Position numbers and translations under genes: made by a program. A model generated the notes under the pieces. The model was not told where the DNA came from. It saw only the letters and a program-made list of their open reading frames with translations, and ran no database searches. Of a stretch of DNA of 15,925 nt, positions 1 to 9,200 are shown piece after piece; positions within the stretch are counted from its first letter, which is position 1, and every line of letters begins with the position of its first letter. The DNA comes from an uncultured Nitrososphaerota archaeon (GTDB taxonomy: Archaea; Asgardarchaeota; Njordarchaeia; Njordarchaeales; Panguiarchaeaceae): positions 1 through 15,925 of the forward strand of contig CAZWPQ010000043.1 in assembly GCA_964636085.1 (NCBI GenBank), read 5' to 3'.

Positions 1-49
1 CTTTATGGGGTGATGCTGATGCATGTTTAGGTAGACTGTCTGTGTGGTC

Positions 50-63
50 AAAAAAAGAAAAAG
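50..63 (-). terminator. Oligo-T tract, probable archaeal intrinsic terminator of the Ig-repeat gene
   Basis: The + strand reads AAAAAAAGAAAAAG, a T-run on the - strand about 60 nt past the stop at 122. Confidence 0.45.
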
Positions 64-121
64 TAATATAGCAAATAATAAATCAAAAGCTAAAAAATAT
101 GGAAGAATTGAAAGACCTTAA

Positions 122-1717
122 TCAGCTAGATTTCTCCTTCTTAAACAACCTCGTATATGCCAACAGCGTGGCTATGGAGCTAGCCATACTAAAGCCTAAG
201 ACTATTGCCGCTCCTGAGAATGTAAACAGTATTTTTTCGGCGGGAGGAGGATACGGCTCAGCAGTAGGCAGACCAGTAGTAGTGGTTGATGTTGTAACGC
301 TGAAGACAAAGTAGTATGTCGTCACATGGCCACATATGTCTATTGCCACTATCGTTATTCTAAGTACAGGTAGGATGGACGAACTTAGACCAGAATATAT
401 GTATATCCACTCAGTAACATTTATAGTATATGCGAACTCCAATAATGATGTATCTGAAATACATGACGGAAAACTACGGATATCTATTGGTACATCCTGA
501 GCATCTATTTCTACATACCGTAGTCTTGTAGAATCGGATACCTTAATGTATAGATCCACTACTTCTCCCTCCTCTACATCAATTGTGCTACCACAGCTTA
601 CTGCTTCGTCGTTCACTTGAGCCTCAACCCTAGGTGGCGAGGTATCACAAATAACATATATTACGTATCGCGTTGTGTCTCCATATATATCTTTGGCACA
701 AAATATCAGTGTGTATACACCCTCCGAAGATACTTCTATATCTTCGAAGGTATAATAGACACTGGTTGTGGGGCTAGGAGGAGTATAAGAAGCAACGAGA
801 GTCCCATCTATGTAGAGATAAAGTCCACTAATCCCGTCCGCGTCTGATACACTAACCTCCAGATCGAACCTGCAACAACAAAAACATGACCCATTGGAAA
901 GTACAATTGAATACTGACTCTTATTGCACCAGGCCTCGAATTTTTGTATGATTGGACTCTCCAAAGAGTCATTGCATACTATAAGATACGTTAAAGATAC
1001 ACTATAGTTACATAGATCTCTGGCATAAATCTCAACCATATATGTACCGGGCAGTGATATTGGGACTGTAATTGTCTCAACGAAGCTTAAGTCGATATCG
1101 TCCGTGGATAAATCATATACATGATTAACCAAAAGATCACCATTATGTTTTATCGTAATGACCACTATATCTATCCCATCTGTAGAATTGATTACTACTG
1201 TTAGAGTTGTGTTATTGCAACGATATATGGGTACCTCTGGTGTCAGTAATATTCCGTCCTCAAATACAGATACATAAGGCTCTCTTCCATCACAACAAAT
1301 CACAGTGAAGTAGTAATACACAATAAGCTTATCTGCGTCCTCTAGTAATAGTTCTACATGATAAACTCCAGGACCGCTAATAACTATTGTATCATTTACG
1401 GTTGCAGATGTTGCAGAGCCAAGTGGAAATGAATCGATATGGCCATCGTATGTAATATTGAGTACTATTAGTCCTTTATCATCCGAGACATTTACGGTGA
1501 TGTTAAATGATAAGCACGAATACACAATACTATTATTCGAAATAGGTTGGACCCAAGGATAGTAAACTCCAACATAATCATAGCTTGGAGGCTCCGATTT
1601 TATGGTCTGTTCCTCGATAGGACTTCCCATCGTATGGAAAATTTGCAATAGTACCAAAAAACAGAAACCAACTACAAATAACACTAGGTCCTTATTTTTC
1701 ATCATTTTTATCCACAC
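122..1717 (-). CDS. Secreted, membrane-anchored Cys-rich surface protein with about 4 tandem Ig-like (Big-like) repeats
   Basis: N-terminal signal peptide (MKNKDLVLFVVGFCFLVLL; the true start may be ATG 1705 or 1702). Four ~100-aa beta-rich repeats end in YHVELLLED, YMVEIYARD, YTLIFCAKD and LRITIVAID. These are followed by a Thr/Pro linker (TTSTTTTGLPTAEPYPPP), a TM helix and a basic tail (RLFKKEKSS). Confidence 0.85.
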   Translation of the reverse strand: MWIKMMKNKDLVLFVVGFCFLVLLQIFHTMGSPIEEQTIKSEPPSYDYVGVYYPWVQPISNNSIVYSCLSFNITVNVSDDKGLIVLNITYDGHIDSFPLGSATSATVNDTIVISGPGVYHVELLLEDADKLIVYYYFTVICCDGREPYVSVFEDGILLTPEVPIYRCNNTTLTVVINSTDGIDIVVITIKHNGDLLVNHVYDLSTDDIDLSFVETITVPISLPGTYMVEIYARDLCNYSVSLTYLIVCNDSLESPIIQKFEAWCNKSQYSIVLSNGSCFCCCRFDLEVSVSDADGISGLYLYIDGTLVASYTPPSPTTSVYYTFEDIEVSSEGVYTLIFCAKDIYGDTTRYVIYVICDTSPPRVEAQVNDEAVSCGSTIDVEEGEVVDLYIKVSDSTRLRYVEIDAQDVPIDIRSFPSCISDTSLLEFAYTINVTEWIYIYSGLSSSILPVLRITIVAIDICGHVTTYYFVFSVTTSTTTTGLPTAEPYPPPAEKILFTFSGAAIVLGFSMASSIATLLAYTRLFKKEKSS

Positions 1718-1753
1718 GGATTATTCAAGGAAGCTGTGAGTAAAGCACAAGAA

Positions 1754-1788
1754 GTAGTGCTTCACTACACAACTTCCTACATTAATAA
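1754..1788 (-). promoter_or_regulatory. Candidate promoter (TTATTAAT) with a 6-3-6 palindrome (GTAGTG-CTT-CACTAC) near the predicted start site
   Basis: TATA-like box at 1781-1788 on the - strand and a perfect inverted repeat at 1754-1768, upstream of the 531-aa gene. Confidence 0.35.
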
Positions 1789-2066
1789 GCTATTATCTAT
1801 AATAAAAATATTCCTTTCGTGTATCACTATATATACCAACAATAAGATATTGGCATTTATACGTAACAATAAACCGAACAAGAAAGATGGGGTATTCATC
1901 CTATATTGTTGCCACCAAAAATAGCATAGTCTTTATAGTTTATAATTCGACTCTCCTGATCGACTATATATCAAATGGCGATAAATTGATCAGTACAATT
2001 AAATAGAGGATATATTAGCCCTATACAGTGTCTCTAGATGTTCTTTTGTCACTTTATTATTTATAA

Positions 2067-2267
2067 TCTTCCTCCCAGAAATTCTCCTCTGACTTTGAAT
2101 ATATCTTAAGTAAGAAATCAATCATTGCAAGACGTAAATTATTGGCCCAAGCAAAATCCATTATCGAGCTAATAGAAGGAAAAGTGTATCGCTCTGTATA
2201 CGTAGGAGGCTACAATATAGATATGATAGAGCATATATGGAACAAATTACAAAAACTTAGAAGCTAG
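2067..2267 (+). pseudogene. Possible gene remnant: 66 open codons with no proper 5' start
   Basis: Stop-to-stop frame translating SSSQKFSSDFEYILSKKSIIARRKLLAQAKSIIELIEGKVYRSVYVGGYNIDMIEHIWNKLQKLRS*, which looks protein-like and lies in an otherwise empty 800-bp gap. Confidence 0.25.
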
Positions 2268-2511
2268 AAGTAATATCTATTGGGAACTATTTTTTCGTCA
2301 ACAGTTGTATTTATAATGTTTAAGACAATTGAAAGTATTCCATGTGATCTTCAGAATATTTATTCCGAGGTTTTACAGGGCTAGCATACTTGTTTTAGAT
2401 CAATAACAAGCAAGTATAGTACGGAGTGTCATCTTAAATAAAGAGAAAGAACTGATACACGAAAAATGTAGAGTCATGACATACAAAAAGGCAAAATTTG
2501 GCACCACAGAG

Positions 2512-5500
2512 CTATTTACTTTTCCTTCTTCTGAGTAATACGACGCCAATTATAATTATGAAGCAACAGATCACTCCGAGAGCTATAATACTTGTGGAGA
2601 TTATGTGCTTCTTTGGCTCGACGGTCCATATCCATGACAACATCGTGCTTCCATTTTGGTTCCTAATAATCACCGTTATGTTCCATGTCCCAACATTACC
2701 AACTAGTGTTATTGTCGAATACTTCACATTTGCATCCTCATGCACTATCTCCCCATTGTTAAACCATGAAATATTTGCCCGTTGGCTTATATTCACGCCA
2801 AACGTGACTTCTTCGCCCTCAATAGACCTCAAAGTCTCCTCCTTCGGCGAATAATCAAGTATCATGGGATACAATATAGATACATTATAATGGCCTATAG
2901 GCTTAACCAGTGGATATTCGTCGATATTTACATATGGCTCATCACCTATGCCATCCCCATTCTGATCGGTACCATTATAGTCGCTCCAATAGTTGCCCAT
3001 GTAGCCATAATGGGCGGCTCCGTCATAGATATAATATACCTCTTTCTCGGTCCAGAATCTTATTTCTGATGTGTCTAAGTATATGTTTCCTGTGTTGTTT
3101 ATAAAGTCGTTCAAGTACACACTACTATTGTAGGACATATAGGAGAATACTCCTATTTCATCCCTCGAAAATACATTCGCTATAATGGAGACGTATCTTG
3201 ACTCTAGAACCTCCACACCAACGGAGACATAGGACATCTCGCATCCCATTACCATTACCCCCGTGCAGTTAATTAATATTACTTGCCCAGCCTCCCGAAT
3301 GGTTACATTATGCATATCTTCTAGATACACTATGGGTTTTCCATTTATCGTATTTGCCAAAACAAAATTCTCATGCGTCCAAAACATGAATAGTCCGCCG
3401 TGGTCTAGCGTATTATTAGTTATGACAAGGCTATCTGAATAGGATATAAAAATGCCGCATGTCTCAAGATAGAGTTTATACACCCCCGTTGTTAGTACTG
3501 GTTCTATAATTTGTTGTCTATACTTTAGGAAGGCTTTTGAAGCCATACCATAGGCCAAATTGTTTTCTGTGATTGTTAGATTATCTGAACCACATACATA
3601 AATACCACATATACTTACAGAGGCATAGGGGGGTAACGGCATTACCAAAGTTTTGTCAACAAACCATGCATCTCCAGAAATACAGAATACATCCCTGCTA
3701 TCCTCGCCATAGGCTATAGTATTCTTTTCAATAGTCCCATTGTCGGAGTCCAAACTGACGTAGATACCATAGTGCGTCCCCGTGATTTCGTTTTCTAGGA
3801 TTTTGTAGTTTGTGGTTGACTCTAAGTAGATAGCACTATCGCCTGTAATTATACTGTTCCTAATGTAAATATGTTCGGATTGATATGCATATACCCCATA
3901 TATCCCTCCAGAAATCCCACTATGCTCAATCACGCATTGCTCTGTCTTTATTAATTCGATACCAACCGTAGTATCCATAATCTCTACGCCTGTTATTGTT
4001 ATATCCGTACAGTTTACCATTATGATCTGACCAGCCTCAGATATTGTTTCCTCGCTTATGTTCTCAAGATATACTAGTGGTTTGCCATTTACCGTATTGT
4101 TCATGACAATGCTGTGCTTGTTCACTGAGACATCCACAAAGAGCCCACATCCTATAAAAACATTGTCTTTTATTGTTTGGTTTTCCCCCGATAAATAGAT
4201 TCCGTAGAGACAAAACTCAATACTGTTGTTTTCTGCAGAGTTATTACTGCCAGCAAGCATAATGCCATAGTCACAATACGATATGCTATTCCCCCCGATT
4301 ACATTCTCGTAGGGATCTCGATAAAGTGGGATTCCAACCCCATCACTCTTGGGCTGTTCGGGGCTGATGACTATAACTATACGAATCAATTCGAGAGTTA
4401 CCCCACGATAACAATGTGCTATCTTGTTATTGATTATCATATTATTGTTGGAGCTGTGTTCTAATAATATACCGTTGGAGCAATAAAAAATCTCATTTTC
4501 AGTAATAATGTTGCCCCACATAAAGGCCCCTATGGTTATTCCATCGCTATTTCTTGCAATATAATTCATGGATATTACTACTGTCGCCGAGCTCAAATAT
4601 ATACCGACATTATTGTCTGTGATATTGTTATTCGTAATATTAACATTTCCAAAGCAACTCTGTAGCTCTATACCATAGGAATTATTGAATATGATGTTTG
4701 AAGTTATGTTGACGCTACCACAACAATATACGAAGAGACCATACACATTATTGCTTACCCTACAATTCTTTATGCGGACTTCGGTGGAATGCCCGACTTC
4801 TATTCCTACTGAGGCAGAACCTATCGCCACATTTTCTATCGTTATGTTTGTTGAATCAACCACTATCACCTGCCCAGCATCACTAATGGTGCGGTTAGCA
4901 TCACCCTCAACATAGACCAATGCTTTTCCATTAACAGTATTGTTCACAACCGTATTGTAGCTGGATTCATACAGGAACACTCCACAGTTCAGAAAATTGT
5001 TGTCTTTGATCTCTAGAAAATAAGACCACATTATATAGAGTCCATATACATTATCTCGTATAGTATTGTTTGTTATACTTGCATTCTTAGTCTCATATAG
5101 GTACGCGCTATAGGTACAATTATCGATAACACAACTGTCCATAGTTATGTTTGCAGTATTTTCGATGTACAGTCCATATTTGGTATTGGTGAAGGTAAGA
5201 TCCTTCAACTCGATTATTGATGAGTTTACCGCATATATACCATACTCCCAGCATGATAGTTCGCATTCATATATAATACTGTTACTTGTCATCCATAGTT
5301 CAATGCCAACGTATATGTTCTCCAGAACCAGACCATGAATAGTGATGTTGGAACAATCGACCAATATTATTTGGCCAGCATCGTCGATACTAACATTTGA
5401 TGCGTCTTCAAGATATACTAGGGATCTCCCATTTATAGTGTTTTGGGATACAGTGTTATTATAGGAATTCGAGACAAAGATTCCTCCCCCCTCAAGCACA

Positions 5501-6093
5501 CAGCCACTAATCACGGTGTTATTTGAGTCCGCTAGATCTATGCATAGTCCACTACTTATAATTGTCACATTGACCAATCGAACATTCTTAGTACGTGTTA
5601 TGGCTACGCCATAGGAATCCGTATTGTTTATCAGAGAGTCATAAATTTCAGCATTAGGAGTATAGATTTCTATTCCTCCATCATAAATCATACTATCACT
5701 AACTAGGAGATATGACCCGTTCTGTGCATCTATATTGGTTTCAAGAAATACCCTAGAATTGCGAACTGTAAGGTTTCCACCTTCCTCCACACTTATCGAT
5801 GAACAATACAATGTAGCGTTATCCAGAATAAGCACGCCGTCCTGCTCGATCAATATATCTCCAAAATACGCAGTTGTGTCCCTTATGACACTCACATTGT
5901 CTATAATAAAAGACATAATTGTCAGGCCTGAGGATGGTTTATTGATGGAATCTCCAGAAACAACATGTCTATTACCAACCTTAGTCATCAAGATTGTACT
6001 AGGGAAACTATCCGAATCCCCATAGGCTCCATAAAAACAGGACATTATCAATATCAAGGACGTAATTATGGGACATAAATCGGTTCTCTTCAC
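2512..6093 (-). CDS. NosD/right-handed parallel beta-helix repeat (CASH-like) surface glycoprotein with a C-terminal Ig-like domain and TM anchor
   Basis: Many GIYL..S.N.TI..N.I..N repeats and four NTxNG(K/R)xxVYxE...AGQxIxxxC/S modules. The beta-helix cap reads GNYWSDYNGTDQNGDGIGDEPY, and the C-terminus is a TM helix plus RRRKSK. The ORF track starts at 6126, but GTG 6093 (GGGGG 6 nt upstream) gives a clean signal peptide, MKRTDLCPIITSLILIMSCFYGAYG. Confidence 0.9.
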   Translation of the reverse strand: MKRTDLCPIITSLILIMSCFYGAYGDSDSFPSTILMTKVGNRHVVSGDSINKPSSGLTIMSFIIDNVSVIRDTTAYFGDILIEQDGVLILDNATLYCSSISVEEGGNLTVRNSRVFLETNIDAQNGSYLLVSDSMIYDGGIEIYTPNAEIYDSLINNTDSYGVAITRTKNVRLVNVTIISSGLCIDLADSNNTVISGCVLEGGGIFVSNSYNNTVSQNTINGRSLVYLEDASNVSIDDAGQIILVDCSNITIHGLVLENIYVGIELWMTSNSIIYECELSCWEYGIYAVNSSIIELKDLTFTNTKYGLYIENTANITMDSCVIDNCTYSAYLYETKNASITNNTIRDNVYGLYIMWSYFLEIKDNNFLNCGVFLYESSYNTVVNNTVNGKALVYVEGDANRTISDAGQVIVVDSTNITIENVAIGSASVGIEVGHSTEVRIKNCRVSNNVYGLFVYCCGSVNITSNIIFNNSYGIELQSCFGNVNITNNNITDNNVGIYLSSATVVISMNYIARNSDGITIGAFMWGNIITENEIFYCSNGILLEHSSNNNMIINNKIAHCYRGVTLELIRIVIVISPEQPKSDGVGIPLYRDPYENVIGGNSISYCDYGIMLAGSNNSAENNSIEFCLYGIYLSGENQTIKDNVFIGCGLFVDVSVNKHSIVMNNTVNGKPLVYLENISEETISEAGQIIMVNCTDITITGVEIMDTTVGIELIKTEQCVIEHSGISGGIYGVYAYQSEHIYIRNSIITGDSAIYLESTTNYKILENEITGTHYGIYVSLDSDNGTIEKNTIAYGEDSRDVFCISGDAWFVDKTLVMPLPPYASVSICGIYVCGSDNLTITENNLAYGMASKAFLKYRQQIIEPVLTTGVYKLYLETCGIFISYSDSLVITNNTLDHGGLFMFWTHENFVLANTINGKPIVYLEDMHNVTIREAGQVILINCTGVMVMGCEMSYVSVGVEVLESRYVSIIANVFSRDEIGVFSYMSYNSSVYLNDFINNTGNIYLDTSEIRFWTEKEVYYIYDGAAHYGYMGNYWSDYNGTDQNGDGIGDEPYVNIDEYPLVKPIGHYNVSILYPMILDYSPKEETLRSIEGEEVTFGVNISQRANISWFNNGEIVHEDANVKYSTITLVGNVGTWNITVIIRNQNGSTMLSWIWTVEPKKHIISTSIIALGVICCFIIIIGVVLLRRRKSK

Positions 6094-6253
6094 TGGAGGC
6101 CCCCAAATAAAGGATTCAATATACATAAGCTAATATTGCTTAAAAGTTCTTGCACCGCATCTTTTTTCCAAGATATAAATTTATTTTTTAGAGAAATGAT
6201 AAAGTGCCCTATATAAAAATCTGTTGGTGTTAGAACCCTTTGAGGTGATTAGT
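6094..6253. promoter_or_regulatory. Divergent promoter region shared by the two beta-helix genes
   Basis: On the + strand, TATATAAA at 6210-6217 and SD GAGGTGA at 6242-6248. On the - strand, TATA-like TTTTAAGC (6138-6145) and TTTATATC (6172-6179). Confidence 0.55.
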
Positions 6254-9200
6254 TTGAAAGAAGTAATCGCTGTTTTGCTGGTGCTTCTATTCGCCCCCCT
6301 AGCGGACATTGCTGCTATATCTGGGCCCAACCCAAAAAATATTAGGGCCGTTAAAGAGACGCCATCACCAAAAATATCCATAGAACCAAGCAACGTTATT
6401 TATAGCCTAATTAGAAGCGATCTATATATAGGTGAACGCAGAAATAGATTTAGGGCACTCCAAGGTAGCCTGCCACCTGTCAATGGTACTTGGATTATAA
6501 ATCAATCCATAGTGCTGGAGAACGAGACTATTATTCTGAATGGGAGCATAATTATAGTGGAGAATGGGTCTCTGATGCTAAAAAATTCCACTTTATACTT
6601 CAACGTAACATATAATGGTGAATACAATATAACCATCGAGGCTGGAGGAAACCTCACGGCGATATCCTCCAGACTTGGATCCTACGACGGCACCAACAAG
6701 TTTTGTATATTCGCAAAGAATGGCTCGGCTCTAAGGCTCGTGGATACGAATATATCCGATGTGGGATTCGATATTTATAATCCAGGAATACTCGTTGAGA
6801 CACAAAATGTCTTCTCCATAAACGTTAGGATTACCAACAGCTATATTGGCTACTTTATCAGTGATACTGAGAACATATCCATAGTAGGGGGATACTTAGA
6901 TTGCTCATATGCAGGCATATATATTAACGGTTCATCCAACATATCGATGGATAACATATTCATTGATGTTTCACTCAATACCTATGGTGTCTACATAATA
7001 TATAGTTCCAACATAACGCTGATGGATAGTAACATGACTACCAACGGATACGCAGGGATAGATATCCGCAATTCCTCCAATATAATAATCCATGGATGCC
7101 GCTTATATGGGGGCGCTAGATCAAAACAAATAAGCATCATCAACTCGACGGATGTATACATTGCAACAAACTCATTCCTCGCCAAGATAGTCAATAGGTA
7201 TGGCACAGTATACCAATACTCTGTATATGTAGAGAATTCCACTAGGATTCATATACATGATAATGAATTCGTGGGGTTCATCAGGCACTACGACTTATCG
7301 CCTTCAGGCAATGTTGCCCGACTGTATCAATATTGTGTCTACATCACCAAGTCACGTATCCTAGAAATCAAGAACAACTATATCCTCGCCAACATCACAA
7401 ACGACTTTGATCTCCCATTCTTTAATTATGACTTCATCGTGTATCAATACTGCATATATATAACCGAATCAATAAACAGCGAAATCCAGATAAACAAGTT
7501 CTCGGAATATGTGAATGTACATGGGGCGGCTGTAGCGCCACCATTTGGTAGCCCTCCAAAGCTTAGAATCAATTATTATGGCATCTATACAAACACTTTA
7601 AACAATTCCTTTATCCATAACAACAAATATTTCTACTCCTGTCTTCAGCCACATGGATTCACGCTCACTAGAACCTACATCCTCTTTTACTCGTCTCATA
7701 GTATAAGGCTTCAAAGCTGCGAATTCATAAACGCAACCACATATCTTCAGCCAGTAACCCTTAAGTATTGTTCGAACGTATCTATCTATAATTTATCTAT
7801 CGATAATACTCCGTATATCTATCTATATAGATGTGACAATACAACTATTAATATAACTACAATTGCCCGTTCTGATACCGCCATCAAAATATCATATTCG
7901 TCAAACATTAGAATCCTTAATTCATACTTATATGACTGCAGAGTCGCCATATCCATCATATCCTCAAACGACACATCAATTATCAATATCAGGATTAGTA
8001 ATTGTCGCTACGCAATCCATGTATCCCAGTCCCTAGGCGTGTATCTGATTAATACTAGAATTTATGATTCTGGCTTTAGAATACTAGACGCTGAATCATT
8101 TAACTCCACAGAGGCCATAAATTCGCTGTATAACGATGAGCCACTAGTCATATTGGATGTCTCAACAAATATTAGCCTATCTGGAGGCACATATGGTGCC
8201 TTACTGGTGGGATTCTCTGGAGGCACCATAACTAACGTCATAAGCAAATACATCTACATATATCGCTGTTCCAATCTCACGCTGAAATCCATCACTGTAA
8301 GGAGCAATGCTATTGGTATACACTTAGAGTTATCGGATTCTATAGAGCTCCTAGACCTATTACTGGAGGATCTAGGAACCGCATTGATGATGAACTATAG
8401 TAGTAATGTATATGTGTACGGAATAGATCTGTCTGGCTGTAATGTTGGTATTTCTATTTACAGCTCATCGGTGGTGACTATTATAGACACATGGATATAT
8501 GACACCATCGCGGGTATACGCATCAATGGCACCGATGTACGGAACATAAGTATATTAGACAGCAACATTTATGGATGTTCATACGGATTATATTTACTTA
8601 ATGCATCATCTATTATCGTTGGGAACAGCACATTCTCAGAGTGCTCATTTGGGATCTATATAAGCCCCAAATCTCCAAATGCCACAATATCCTTAGCTAT
8701 CGAGAACAACCGCTTTGTCTCTAACACAATCGCGATATACATTGGCACAGCTGGAAGCATAATAATACATAATAATGTCATATATGATAATGATGTTGGG
8801 CTCTATGTCGATAGTAGCGAGAATACCTATAATCTTAATATAACCTTCAACAACTTCACAGACAACATCAGATCCCTGATCATTTATGGTTCAGGAGTAA
8901 TAGTTTATGGTAATGTATTCATGTCTAACATCAACCCCAATATCGTCTATGTAGAACCTGGCCAAGTTGTCTCCTTCAACTTCAGCTATTTCGGCAACTA
9001 TTGGAGCAACGCTATAGTAGATGATCTCGACATGGATGGCATTAGCGACACCCCATATCTCGTTACTGGGAACTATTATGATTATTATCCCATAGCACTG
9101 AGACCAATCATAATCTTCGATGAGGGCTTACTATGCGGAGTTGAGAATTATTCATTCATAAACACGGACCACATAGTTGTTGTATTTATCTCTTTTGGTG

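Noticed and set aside
7-66. Perfect SD GGGGTGA with ATG at 19 giving M-H-V-stop
   Set aside because: Only three codons at the window edge with no upstream context, so it cannot be told from chance.
1736-1924. 62-aa + strand ORF
   Set aside because: It has no SD, a low-complexity AT-driven composition, and overlaps the likely promoter of the 531-aa gene.
2386-2417. Imperfect inverted repeat ATACTTGTT...AACAAGCAAGTAT
   Set aside because: Short AT-rich arms that are plausible by chance.
7170-7600. Diversity-generating retroelement target
   Set aside because: No reverse transcriptase or adenine-specific TR/VR repeat pair is visible, and the loops differ in length rather than by substitutions.
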